A stretch of 63,063 nt of DNA from an uncultured Oscillospiraceae bacterium (lineage in GTDB: Bacteria > Bacillota > Clostridia > Oscillospirales > Oscillospiraceae): contig CAZQFN010000001.1 in NCBI GenBank assembly GCA_964592685.1, forward strand, positions 1 through 63,063, written 5' to 3'. Position 1 is the first letter of the stretch, and every line of letters starts with the position of its first letter. The translations under genes were made by a program, and so were the position numbers. Positions 9,471 to 18,548 of the stretch are shown here, piece by piece. The notes beneath the pieces were generated by a model, which had not been told where the DNA came from, ran no database searches, and saw only the letters and a program-made list of their open reading frames with translations.

Positions 9471-11921
9471 TTAATCCAGGGGGTTGAAATCCGCATATAC
9501 GGAGACCCCGCGATATTGCTTATCCGTGTTGCAGAAAACCAGCATATCGCTGATCGCCGCCCGCACCGTCCGGGATTCGGGACCGCAGACCGTCACGCGA
9601 TAGCGCCAGGAATTATTCACCTTGGCAACAGGCAGCGGCGCGGGTCCCAGCACGCGGACATCGGGAATGTCCCGTGACAGGCGAAGCATGTGGTTTTTGA
9701 TATCCCGGCAGCAGCGGAGAACCGAGTTTTCGTCCTCCCCGGTCGCCGTCAGAACATACATCTCGGAAAAGGGCGGCGTTCCCGCCATACGGCGCAGCGC
9801 GATCTCCCCATCATAAAAACTGTCGTAATCCTGCTCCGACGCCTGACATATGATCTGGTTTTCGGGGGTAAAGGTCTGGATGACCGCGCGACCCGGCTTG
9901 GAAAACCGTCCGCTTCGGCCAATGACCTGGGTGATAAGAGAAAAGGTTCTTTCTCCCGCCCGGTATTCACTGCTGTAGAGCGTCTGATCCGCAGACAGGA
10001 CGCCCACCAGCGTTACGTTTTCAAAATTAAGGCCTTTTGTGACCATCTGAGTGCCCACCAGAATGGGGATCTTCTGCACCCGGAATTTCTCAAACATAGC
10101 CCGATGGCTCCCGACCGGAGCCACAGAGTCCGTGTCCATACGAAGCACAGGAACATTGGGAAAAAGCTCACCCAGTTCTTCCACCACCTTCTGCGTTCCG
10201 GCACCGATGAAATTCAGCTTTCCGCCGCATTCCGGACAGGCCGAATCCAGCCGATGAGTATGGCCGCAGTAATGACAGATGAGCCGATTTCCCACACTGT
10301 GATAGGTAAGGGATGCGGTACAATTGGGGCAGCGATAGGTATATCCGCATTCTCCGCAGGCAACAAGCCGGTTGGCGCCCCGACGGTTGATAAACAGTAT
10401 GGTCTGTTCATCCCGGGCAAGATTCTCCTCGATTTCCCGGACAAGAAGACCGGAGAGGCTTGTGCCGTTTCCTGCCTTCAGTTCCCGCTTCATATCCGCC
10501 ACTTTCACTTCCGGAAGGCTCATGGTATTATACCGACCCGGAAGCGTGAATAAATGGTATCGCCCGGTCTCCGCATGGTAACGGGAGCAGACATCCGGTG
10601 TAGCGCTGCCCATCAGAAGCGTGGCATTGGCATGGGCACAGAGATATTTCGCCACATCCCGGGCATGATACCGGGGCGTGGATTCAGACTTGTAAGTATC
10701 CTCCTGCTCCTCATCCATGATAATGATGCCCAGGTCGGAAACAGGGGCAAACACAGCGCTCCGCGTGCCGATGACCACACGGGCCTCTCCCGCCCGGATG
10801 CGTTTCCACTCGTCATACCGCTCACCCATGGAGAGCGCGGAATGCAGCACGGCGATCCTCTCTCCGAAATAGGACGAAAACGTCTGCAGCATCTGTGGCG
10901 TCAGCGCAATTTCCGGCACCATCAGGATGGCGGATTTACCACGGCGCAGAACCTCATCGATCAGTCGGATATAAACCGTCGTCTTACCGCTGCCGGTTAC
11001 ACCGTAAAGCAGGGCCGCGTGGGGCTTATCCTCCGTCACAAGAGACAGAACCCCCTCAAAGGCACGCTGCTGATCCTCATTCAGGACCGGGAGTGGTTCC
11101 TCCCTTCCCATATCATAATCCGGGCGGCGATAGACCTGCTCATAGGAGAGCGTAAGAAGACCTTTATTCTCCAGCGCCTTTACAGTCTCCCGGCCAGCGC
11201 CGGTAAAATAACAAAGATCCGCCACCGCAGCGGAGCCAAGCTCCGCCAGAACGCGCAGAACGGATGCCTGCCGCACCGCGCGGGTGTTTTTCTCCGCCTT
11301 GCTTAGCGCTTCCTCCGGCGGCACGGCCAGAGACGCGCGAAGAACCGTCTTGTCCCGGCCGCGGCAGGAAGCTTCCGCCTCCGCGCAAAGGACGCCATCC
11401 TTCACAAGCGCCGACAGCGCGGGTCCAGGGTTCCCGGAATCAAAGGCCGCCTCGATCTCCGAAAGCTCACACCGCCCTCCGGCCGCCAAAACCGTTTCCA
11501 GCACAAGGGATTCACTCTTTCCCCTGATGCGGCCGCGGGCAATCTCCTGGTCCAGTCCGTCCGCCAGTCGGTAGGCCGGACTGATGCGATACCACAGGCC
11601 AGAAGGCAGCATGGCTTTAATGCCGTCCATCACGGTACAGAAAAAGCGCTCCCGCATCCACATGGCAAGTTTCAGCTGAGCCTCCGTAAGAAGAGGCTCC
11701 GAGTCCAGAACTTCCATAATGGGCTTTAGTTGTTTATCCGTTTCCCCATCCAGTGCCAGCACGATCCCCTCCCGGGGGCGGCTGCCCCCAAAAGGCACCG
11801 CTACCCGAACACCGGGACACACGACCCCGGCCAGATGCGATGGGATGGCATAAGTATAGGGCCGATCGACCCAGTAGGTCACACCGGACACGGCTATGCG
11901 CGCTGTCCTTGCCTGCGTCAA
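9471..11921 (-). CDS. priA: Primosomal replication-restart helicase PriA
   Basis: Walker A GVTGSGKT, MDEEQ box and a Cys-rich zinc insert (CGECGYTYRCPNCTASLTYH..CHYCGH..CPECG). The track start 11987 would overlap rpoZ by 53 nt, so I prefer the in-frame TTG 11921 (..TQARTARIAVSGVTYWVDRPYTY) preceded by AAGGCGG. The start remains uncertain. Confidence 0.85.
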   Translation of the reverse strand: MTQARTARIAVSGVTYWVDRPYTYAIPSHLAGVVCPGVRVAVPFGGSRPREGIVLALDGETDKQLKPIMEVLDSEPLLTEAQLKLAMWMRERFFCTVMDGIKAMLPSGLWYRISPAYRLADGLDQEIARGRIRGKSESLVLETVLAAGGRCELSEIEAAFDSGNPGPALSALVKDGVLCAEAEASCRGRDKTVLRASLAVPPEEALSKAEKNTRAVRQASVLRVLAELGSAAVADLCYFTGAGRETVKALENKGLLTLSYEQVYRRPDYDMGREEPLPVLNEDQQRAFEGVLSLVTEDKPHAALLYGVTGSGKTTVYIRLIDEVLRRGKSAILMVPEIALTPQMLQTFSSYFGERIAVLHSALSMGERYDEWKRIRAGEARVVIGTRSAVFAPVSDLGIIIMDEEQEDTYKSESTPRYHARDVAKYLCAHANATLLMGSATPDVCSRYHAETGRYHLFTLPGRYNTMSLPEVKVADMKRELKAGNGTSLSGLLVREIEENLARDEQTILFINRRGANRLVACGECGYTYRCPNCTASLTYHSVGNRLICHYCGHTHRLDSACPECGGKLNFIGAGTQKVVEELGELFPNVPVLRMDTDSVAPVGSHRAMFEKFRVQKIPILVGTQMVTKGLNFENVTLVGVLSADQTLYSSEYRAGERTFSLITQVIGRSGRFSKPGRAVIQTFTPENQIICQASEQDYDSFYDGEIALRRMAGTPPFSEMYVLTATGEDENSVLRCCRDIKNHMLRLSRDIPDVRVLGPAPLPVAKVNNSWRYRVTVCGPESRTVRAAISDMLVFCNTDKQYRGVSVYADFNPLD

Positions 11922-11934
11922 ATCAAAAACCGCC

Positions 11935-12138
11935 TTATTCTTCCTCGTCCTTTGCGACGGTGAGCTTGCCGGTATAGACTTCTTCAATCGCGGAGGACAC
12001 AGCCTTCTTGGTCAGAGGATCGCCGGTTTTTTCCGCCTCGGAAGCGATGTTCCGGGCACGCTTGGCAACAAGGTTTACAAGGGCGTAACGGCTGCCGACC
12101 TTATTCACAAGGTCCGCCACAGGGGGATAGAGCATCAT
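11935..12138 (-). CDS. rpoZ: RNA polymerase omega subunit
   Basis: MMLYPPVADLVNKVGSRYALVNLVAKRARNI.. Its size (67 aa) and gmk-rpoZ synteny fit. Confidence 0.85.
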   Translation of the reverse strand: MMLYPPVADLVNKVGSRYALVNLVAKRARNIASEAEKTGDPLTKKAVSSAIEEVYTGKLTVAKDEEE

Positions 12139-12746
12139 AATTCATTTTCTCCTTCAACAATAGAATTCAGTCGTTTATAAGTGCGGCATTTTTCCGCAGT
12201 GATGATGGCGTCCAGCTCCCGGGCGGCAGTGTCCGCATCATCGTTGATAACCAGATATTTATAACGGGGTATTTTTTCATATTCCCGGCGGGCCGTCTCC
12301 AAGCGCCCGAGGATCTTCTCCTCCGAGTCCGTACCGCGGCCGCGAAGACGCGATTCCAGAACCTGCAGACTGGGCGGACAAAGGAAGATGCTTACCGCAT
12401 CCTGACGCTTTTCCAGAACCTGCATGGCACCCTGGACCTCAATATCCAGAAGGACCGTATATCCACTGGACATATTCTCATCCACCGGCGCCGAGGGAGT
12501 CCCGTAGCAGTTCCCTACATACTCCGCATGCTCAAGAAAGGCATCCTCCTCAATCATGGAGAGAAACTCCTCCCGGGACTTGAAAAAATAGTCCTTTCCG
12601 TCCACCTCGCCGGCCCGTGGGGCTCTGGTCGTGGCGGAAACCGAAAACCGGATATCATCCCGCTTCTTCATCAAACGGGAGATGACCGTGCTTTTTCCGG
12701 CCCCGGAAGGACCGGAAAGAATCACAAGCAAACCTTCATCCTTCAT
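12135..12746 (-). CDS. gmk: Guanylate kinase
   Basis: P-loop GPSGAGKST and ..SATTRAPRAGEVDGKDYFF.. Start set to ATG 12746 (MKDEGLLVIL) with GAGGAG 7 nt upstream. Confidence 0.9.
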   Translation of the reverse strand: MKDEGLLVILSGPSGAGKSTVISRLMKKRDDIRFSVSATTRAPRAGEVDGKDYFFKSREEFLSMIEEDAFLEHAEYVGNCYGTPSAPVDENMSSGYTVLLDIEVQGAMQVLEKRQDAVSIFLCPPSLQVLESRLRGRGTDSEEKILGRLETARREYEKIPRYKYLVINDDADTAARELDAIITAEKCRTYKRLNSIVEGENEL

Positions 12747-12996
12747 CCTCATTCTCCTCTGTTTTTCCGGCGATTCTTTGCGACACGCCATCCGGTGTGA
12801 GTGAACAGAGGATCACGTGGCCGCTGTCCATAATAAGGACAGCTTTTGTTTTTCTTCCGTATGTAGCATCGATCAGCTTTCCGCTGTCCTTGCTTTGGGA
12901 AATAACACGCTTGATGGGGTTGGATTCCGGGTCGACCGCCGCGATCATCCGCCCCGGGGAAACATAGTTTCCGAAGCCGACATTTACAAGCTTCAT
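12736..12996 (-). CDS. remA: DUF370 / RemA-family regulator
   Basis: MKLVNVGFGNYVSPGRMIAAVDPESNPIKRVI..GKLIDATYGRKTKAVLIMDSGHVIL matches the conserved RemA/YlzA pattern. yicC-remA-gmk synteny fits. Confidence 0.85.
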   Translation of the reverse strand: MKLVNVGFGNYVSPGRMIAAVDPESNPIKRVISQSKDSGKLIDATYGRKTKAVLIMDSGHVILCSLTPDGVSQRIAGKTEENEDEG

Positions 12997-13008
12997 ACCT
13001 GCCTCACT

Positions 13009-13887
13009 TTATTCGATGTTCTGGATCTGCTCGCGGATCTTTTCAAGTTCCGCTTTCATGGCAATGACCGTTTCCGCGATATCCTTGTCCGCGCATTTGG
13101 AGCCGGTGGTGTTGATCTCCCGGTTCATCTCCTGCACAAGAAAATCCAATTTGCGGCCCACCGGGGAGCCACCTTCCAACATATGCCGGAACTGAGCAAT
13201 ATGGCTGCGAAGCCGGACGGTTTCCTCATCCACCGCCACTTTGTCCGCATAGATAGCCGCTTCCTGAAGAATGCGCGCCTCTTCTATGCCGGCCTCTCCC
13301 AGAACATCCTGCATTCTGGCCAGAAGTTTTTCCCGGTATTCCTTCACAGTCTCCGGAGAGCGTTTTTCCACAAAGGCGACTTTCTCCTCCATATCGGAGA
13401 GTTTTGCCAAGAGGTCCTGGCAAAGTTTATCGCCTTCCCGGCGGCGCATAGCGTCGTATTCCGTCAGCGCCTGTTCCAGCACCTGCGAAATGGCGCCGGC
13501 CACCGCATCCCGGTCCGTATCGGATTTTTCCGTGGAAATGACCTCCGGGAACCTCAGAAGACTCAGGGCCGTAAGGTCGTCCTTCAGACCGTATTTCTCC
13601 GCCGTCTGGCGCACAGCCCGGACATAAGCGTCCGCCAGCGGCTCATTCACGGCAATGGTGACTTCCTCGGCATGAGAGGTGTCCACCGTGATGAACACAT
13701 CCACCTTGCCCCGGCTTATGTGGCTCTGGACCGCGGAACGGACCGTCTCCTCCGCAAACATGCAGCTTTTGGGAAGCCGGACCGAAACGTCCAGATAGCG
13801 ATTGTTTACACTTTTCAGCTCCGCCGAAACGGCAATGGCATTCACTTCACCCTTGGCTCCGCCATAGCCCGTCATACTCATGATCAT
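13009..13887 (-). CDS. yicC: YicC-family (YloC-like) stress-induced protein
   Basis: MIMSMTGYGGAKG..SVNNRYLD.. N-terminus and C-terminal DIAETVIAMKAELEKIREQIQNIE. Start ATG 13887 overlaps the upstream stop (ATGA). Confidence 0.85.
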   Translation of the reverse strand: MIMSMTGYGGAKGEVNAIAVSAELKSVNNRYLDVSVRLPKSCMFAEETVRSAVQSHISRGKVDVFITVDTSHAEEVTIAVNEPLADAYVRAVRQTAEKYGLKDDLTALSLLRFPEVISTEKSDTDRDAVAGAISQVLEQALTEYDAMRRREGDKLCQDLLAKLSDMEEKVAFVEKRSPETVKEYREKLLARMQDVLGEAGIEEARILQEAAIYADKVAVDEETVRLRSHIAQFRHMLEGGSPVGRKLDFLVQEMNREINTTGSKCADKDIAETVIAMKAELEKIREQIQNIE

Positions 13888-14384
13888 GGGAAATACCTCG
13901 CAATTTTTTCGATATAGAATCGAATCAGAATGGAATAGCAATAGTCATACACAAAAAACGCCGCGCCACCGGCAGCATACAGAACCAGCCAGGGCAGGCT
14001 GACCTCCACCCCCAGCACACTCGCTGCAAGAATGGCATAAAGAATGAATACTACCGTATAAAGAGCATATTTCAAAAGCCATACAAACCCGACCTGATGC
14101 AGCTTTTCCAATATGCTTTTAAGGATCGGATAATAACCAAAGAATGCCGCATAAAGTACCGATGATGTACCGGGTATAATAAGCGCTCCCAAAACCGCTG
14201 TTACCAGGAACACACCCAGCGCCCACAGCTTTCCATACATCATCAGCGACATGCATACGGGAAAACTGGCTGCCGCCAGCAAAACAAGCCGCCCGGCAGG
14301 AAGCACGTTTGCCAGAACCAGAAAAACCACGCTCACAGCCGTCAGAAGGGCCAGGCGGGAAATGCGTTTCGCGCTGCTTTTCAT
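13884..14384 (-). CDS. Polytopic membrane protein of unknown function (4-5 TM)
   Basis: 166 aa and almost entirely hydrophobic helices. It is translationally coupled on both sides: a 1-nt gap to the J-protein stop and an ATGA overlap with yicC. Confidence 0.6.
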   Translation of the reverse strand: MKSSAKRISRLALLTAVSVVFLVLANVLPAGRLVLLAAASFPVCMSLMMYGKLWALGVFLVTAVLGALIIPGTSSVLYAAFFGYYPILKSILEKLHQVGFVWLLKYALYTVVFILYAILAASVLGVEVSLPWLVLYAAGGAAFFVYDYCYSILIRFYIEKIARYFP

Positions 14385-14385
14385 G

Positions 14386-15021
14386 TCAGCAACAGGGGAT
14401 GCAGTCGCCGCCCATCATCTCACAGCAGCAGTCCATGCAGATAAGGTTGGAACACAGATTGCAGGCATCCACCTGGGTCATGGAGCCGGCACCTGCCGGG
14501 CGATAGGCCTGTCCCCCCTGGTTCATATACTGAATGGCGTTGCGGTATTCGATGTTGGTGGGATCCATGGAGGCAGCCGTGCGGAAGTGGCGGGCCGCCT
14601 CATCCATCCAACCCTTGCGCCAGTATACACTGCCCATAAGGTAGTTCCACTCGGCATCATGGGTGGAGATGTTTCGAAGCATCGCCTCTGCCTGCGCCAG
14701 ATTGTTGGCGTTTATGAGATTGCGGATCTGGGCATAGGCACTGCTGTAATTGGCGCCGGAATAGCGCTGCTGATAACCGCCCGGTCGGCTCTGTCGCTGA
14801 TAGGCACTGCCGCCGGTATATCCGCTCCCCTGCTCGCGGCTTTTGGTGATGATATCATAAGCCTCGTTGATTTCTTTCATCTTCTCGGATGCGAGATCCG
14901 CCAGGGGATTATCGTGATAGTTGTCCGGGTGATACTTCCGCGCCAGCTCACGATAGGCCTTTTTGACCTCATCATCGCTGGCCGAGGGAGAGACGCCCAA
15001 TACACTATAAGGATCGTTCAT
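14386..15021 (-). CDS. J-domain protein with TPR-like middle and Cys-rich C-terminal tail
   Basis: J domain [30 protein letters not shown] (HPD present), a Gly/Tyr/Gln linker, a TPR-like segment ([32 protein letters not shown]) and the tail [25 protein letters not shown]. Confidence 0.8.
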   Translation of the reverse strand: MNDPYSVLGVSPSASDDEVKKAYRELARKYHPDNYHDNPLADLASEKMKEINEAYDIITKSREQGSGYTGGSAYQRQSRPGGYQQRYSGANYSSAYAQIRNLINANNLAQAEAMLRNISTHDAEWNYLMGSVYWRKGWMDEAARHFRTAASMDPTNIEYRNAIQYMNQGGQAYRPAGAGSMTQVDACNLCSNLICMDCCCEMMGGDCIPCC

Positions 15022-15902
15022 AAATGGCTCCGTTCTCCTTTTTTATTTGCAGATGCTTTCCAGCTTCCGTCAAACACCGCCTGGGTCACTTTGGGAAGAC
15101 CGAAATAAACCGTGTTTTCCAGAATACCGGAATAAGGATTTTGTTTCATAAGAACAAACGCACTGCTCATATGATTGTGGGACAGCTGAAGACTTTCCCG
15201 CAGACAGATAACGTCCTCAGATGACAGTTTTCCATCCGCCATTTCAAAGCGAAATTTCAGTGGGTTATACCCGCCGGACCGGATATCTTCCTCCAGATCG
15301 TCCGCCGCATCCAAGATATATACAATACGGCCGAGATGATAAAGAAACTGGCCCATGATCCGCCGCTCCGATTCATCGTCCGACGTCCCCGCCGCACTTT
15401 GAAGAATGAGAGCAAATTTGTCTGCCACGGCGTCCACACTGGGGCAATTCGCCGATTCCAGCGCGGTCAGCTCACGGAGTTCCTTTTCCACCGTCCGGGC
15501 AAATTCCGGCACACGCCCGGATGCCTTGTTGTAGCTCCGGCGCAGGAATACGCACGCAAGGCGGCAGGCCGCGGATTTTATAAAGCCACTGTCCGCGGCG
15601 CCGTCCTTCAGTTTCCACCAGGCCAGAACCACCGTACAGTCTGCCGCAGCAGCAAGACTTTTGCTTTCTCTGGGACAAGCCGTTTTCCGAAACGGATGAT
15701 AGGGACAACGACAGATTTTGGTTTCCGTCTCTCCCTCCGCGAAAAGCATTGCAAGAAAGGTGAAATCATAATTCACCAAAAAACGGCACACGGGGCCGTA
15801 GCGCCGACGGAGCTCATGGCACAGACCGCAGTATACGCCCCGGAACCGCTCGTACTCCGAGACCTTCAGTTCGCCCTTGTCGGGCCGCACATATCCGTAC
15901 AT
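15018..15902 (-). CDS. DUF5685-like protein (N-terminal Cys cluster, C-terminal Asp-rich motif)
   Basis: [48 protein letters not shown] resembles the conserved DUF5685 N-terminus as I remember it. It also carries the [14 protein letters not shown] cluster and [20 protein letters not shown]. Confidence 0.6.
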   Translation of the reverse strand: MYGYVRPDKGELKVSEYERFRGVYCGLCHELRRRYGPVCRFLVNYDFTFLAMLFAEGETETKICRCPYHPFRKTACPRESKSLAAAADCTVVLAWWKLKDGAADSGFIKSAACRLACVFLRRSYNKASGRVPEFARTVEKELRELTALESANCPSVDAVADKFALILQSAAGTSDDESERRIMGQFLYHLGRIVYILDAADDLEEDIRSGGYNPLKFRFEMADGKLSSEDVICLRESLQLSHNHMSSAFVLMKQNPYSGILENTVYFGLPKVTQAVFDGSWKASANKKGERSHL

Positions 15903-16306
15903 CAGCGCTGATAGCCGGTTATGGAGAAAGATATCTCTTTCTGCCGCCGTCCCAGAATAACCGAAACAGCCACTCCGACAACCGCGCCGGCAAGACTTAT
16001 CGCCGCGCAGAATCCCTGCGCGACCCCACTTGACGCGGCAATAAACATGGCTCCAAAAAAGAACACCAGAGGCAGCAGATAAATGAGCACTGTGGCCCCC
16101 ATAATACTGCTTGTCCTGCTTTCCAGAATGACACGGTCCCCCACAACGGCATATACACGGTTTTCCGCCTCGATGAGGATCCGGCTGGCATACACACAGG
16201 CCTCGCAGCCGCCGCTGCAGTGACCGCCGCAGGCTGTCCCTCTTTCAACCGCAACTTCTGCCTTGCCGTTATTGAGAATCTTTGTCACAACGCCGCTCTG
16301 GGTCAT
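15902..16306 (-). CDS. RseC/MucC (SoxR-reducing system) family membrane protein
   Basis: N-terminal beta domain with CGGHCSGGCEAC, followed by two TM helices. The 134-aa size is typical. Confidence 0.7.
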   Translation of the reverse strand: MTQSGVVTKILNNGKAEVAVERGTACGGHCSGGCEACVYASRILIEAENRVYAVVGDRVILESRTSSIMGATVLIYLLPLVFFFGAMFIAASSGVAQGFCAAISLAGAVVGVAVSVILGRRQKEISFSITGYQR

Positions 16307-17577
16307 TTGCCGCCCTCCGGTTTGATTTCCACATACATGGTAATATCACCCACAGCCCCCGCATCCTCAAAGCCATCCACATAGAAGGTCACAGGAGCAC
16401 GGGTGGTCGTGGTAAGGCCGGTCAAATCCGCCACCGCCCGTATGTTGTTCTCACCGATTTCATCGAGAACGCCCTCCGGGGCACGGATCTTTGTCACAAG
16501 AGAAGATGTGATAATGTCCGCCGTATACCCTTCCTCAAGACCGGTGTAGCTCAGATTGGTCACATTGAAGTAATCCCACTCAAGACCCGCAAACGTCAGC
16601 GTGACCGTAGCCGTTGTAACACCGGAAAGATTATCCGTCCCGTTCGGAAGAACGATGGTAAACTCCGTGGTGGGGAATTCCGTATAATCCGAGAGATCGA
16701 TCGTTGCCACAGAGAGAGAGTTGATCCCCTCAAGAGTCGCTGCATCGCCGGCAATAACTATGCTGGCGGGCTTCACTTCTGTGATCACATGCTCGCTGGC
16801 AACTGCACCGCCGCCATCGATCAGTGTTACACCGAGAGCAACTTCCTTCTTCATGCTGATGGGAACCGTGGCAACGATGTTCTCCACATCGCACTGAACC
16901 GCATCCGTGTCAATTTCAACCACATCGCCGTCTTCATTCACAAACGTGTAGTTTGCCGTCACGGTAAAGGTGGAAGACACTTCCTCCCGGCTCACCAGCA
17001 CATGCGCAGCGTCCACCTGTTCAAGAATCTCTTCCGGTCCCACCAATGTCACCGTGGCCGGATCAAAGCTCATGTGGGTGGAGTCCACCGCATAACCCTC
17101 CAGGACCGTTCCTTCAAAGGTTCCCTTAACATCCACGATCTTCGTGGCAAGCTTGCTTATATAAAGACCCACCGTCTGGGGCGACTGGCTGGAGACCTTA
17201 ATGCCAGAGGAGTTCACTGATGTAGGAAAGGAAATGCTGTAAGACATGGTGCGGTAACCCTCCCGGGTAACGCTTGAGAGGTTCACCACAGCCTTCAGAT
17301 CATCGGATGTGAGCTTGGCGATCTCGCGTCGGTTGCCCGTGAGCGTCACATTCACAGTTTCCGTATCCACTTGAGAAATAATCAGATTCTGGGAATCCCG
17401 CATGGCTTCTTCGCCGGAATAGGTCACTTCCACATCATAGAAAGACTTGGTCACGGATGAGGCATAGTTGTTCGTATAATACAGCCATATAAAAAAAGCT
17501 GTCACCAGAGACAAGACCGCCCAGAACGCGCGATTGTCGAGAAGATTAATTTTCCTGCCGTTCGTGTTCTTCTGCAT
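16303..17577 (-). CDS. cdaR: YbbR-domain protein, CdaA regulator CdaR
   Basis: N-terminal TM followed by repeated beta-rich YbbR-like modules. It lies immediately downstream of, and overlaps, cdaA. Confidence 0.8.
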   Translation of the reverse strand: MQKNTNGRKINLLDNRAFWAVLSLVTAFFIWLYYTNNYASSVTKSFYDVEVTYSGEEAMRDSQNLIISQVDTETVNVTLTGNRREIAKLTSDDLKAVVNLSSVTREGYRTMSYSISFPTSVNSSGIKVSSQSPQTVGLYISKLATKIVDVKGTFEGTVLEGYAVDSTHMSFDPATVTLVGPEEILEQVDAAHVLVSREEVSSTFTVTANYTFVNEDGDVVEIDTDAVQCDVENIVATVPISMKKEVALGVTLIDGGGAVASEHVITEVKPASIVIAGDAATLEGINSLSVATIDLSDYTEFPTTEFTIVLPNGTDNLSGVTTATVTLTFAGLEWDYFNVTNLSYTGLEEGYTADIITSSLVTKIRAPEGVLDEIGENNIRAVADLTGLTTTTRAPVTFYVDGFEDAGAVGDITMYVEIKPEGGK

Positions 17578-18430
17578 GTTTTTTTCCTTTCCGCTGCTTC
17601 AGACGCTCGAACCAACCGGAACGATTGATATCCTCCTCGGGCAGCAGCTCCCGGCGCAGGATCTCTTCAAAGGTATCCAGACTCAGATGACGCTTCAGAA
17701 GCCCGTCCACCGCCACACTGATGCTGCCGGTCTCTTCCGAAACAATGACTGCCAGCGCATCCGTTCCTTCTGTGATGCCGATGCCGGCCCGGTGGCGCAT
17801 CCCCAGTTCGCGGCTGAGTCCGGCGTTTTTGGACAACGGGAGCATACATCCCGCAGAATGCAGCCGTCCGTCCTTCATGATGGCCGCACCGTCGTGAAGG
17901 GGCGACTTGTCATAAAAGATGTTCTTCAATAGTTCGGTGGATACATTCGCATCCAGGAATGTACCGGAACTTCTGGGCTCATTCAGGCGGTTATCCCGCT
18001 CAAAAACGATCAGGGCACCGGTGTGGCTGCGAGCCATATCTTCGCAGGCATAAACCGTCTGCATAATGACCCTTTCCATTCCCTGCATACCCCAATCCTT
18101 GCCGAATATGGAAAAAAGATGGGAGGAGCCAACCTTTTCCAGCGCTCGGCGAATCTCCGGCTGAAACAGAACGATCACCGCCAGAATACCGATTTCAAAC
18201 ACCTGCCGCAGCAGGAAGTTTGTCACGGAAAGGCGGGCCGCACTGGAGAGCCACAAGGCCACCAAAAGCAGCAGAATGCCGTTTGCTACCTTCAGGGAAC
18301 TGGTCCTTCGAAGAAATCCAATCACCGCATATACCACGGCAGCCACGATCAGAATATCCAAAACATCCGATAATCCCATAGACCGTATGGCCTTCAGGGA
18401 ATCGGCAAATTGTGAAAATGTGCTGTTCAT
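17546..18430 (-). CDS. cdaA: Diadenylate cyclase CdaA (membrane-anchored DAC domain)
   Basis: Three N-terminal TM helices and DAC motifs (GALIVFERDN, ..PLHDGAAIM.., ..LGMRHRAGIGITE). Confidence 0.9.
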   Translation of the reverse strand: MNSTFSQFADSLKAIRSMGLSDVLDILIVAAVVYAVIGFLRRTSSLKVANGILLLLVALWLSSAARLSVTNFLLRQVFEIGILAVIVLFQPEIRRALEKVGSSHLFSIFGKDWGMQGMERVIMQTVYACEDMARSHTGALIVFERDNRLNEPRSSGTFLDANVSTELLKNIFYDKSPLHDGAAIMKDGRLHSAGCMLPLSKNAGLSRELGMRHRAGIGITEGTDALAVIVSEETGSISVAVDGLLKRHLSLDTFEEILRRELLPEEDINRSGWFERLKQRKGKKHAEEHERQEN

Positions 18431-18466
18431 ATAAAATCCCCATTAAATAGTCTAGGTCAATTTTGT

Positions 18467-18495
18467 ATTATATATCAAAACCCGGCATATATCAA
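18467..18495 (-). promoter_or_regulatory. Sigma-A-type promoter of the cdaA gene train
   Basis: Minus strand reads TTGATA-17 nt-TATAAT. It lies about 35 nt upstream of the GGGGA SD and the cdaA ATG. Confidence 0.65.
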
Positions 18496-18499
18496 TATT

Positions 18500-18540
18500 T
18501 TATTTAAAATAATAGTACCCTCTGATCTTACAGAGGGTAC
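18500..18540 (-). terminator. Intrinsic terminator after the class-V aminotransferase gene
   Basis: A 10-bp perfect stem GTACCCTCTG/CAGAGGGTAC (18515-18540) with a 6-nt loop, followed on the minus strand by TATTATTTTAAAT. Confidence 0.7.
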
Positions 18541-18548
18541 CTCTTTCT

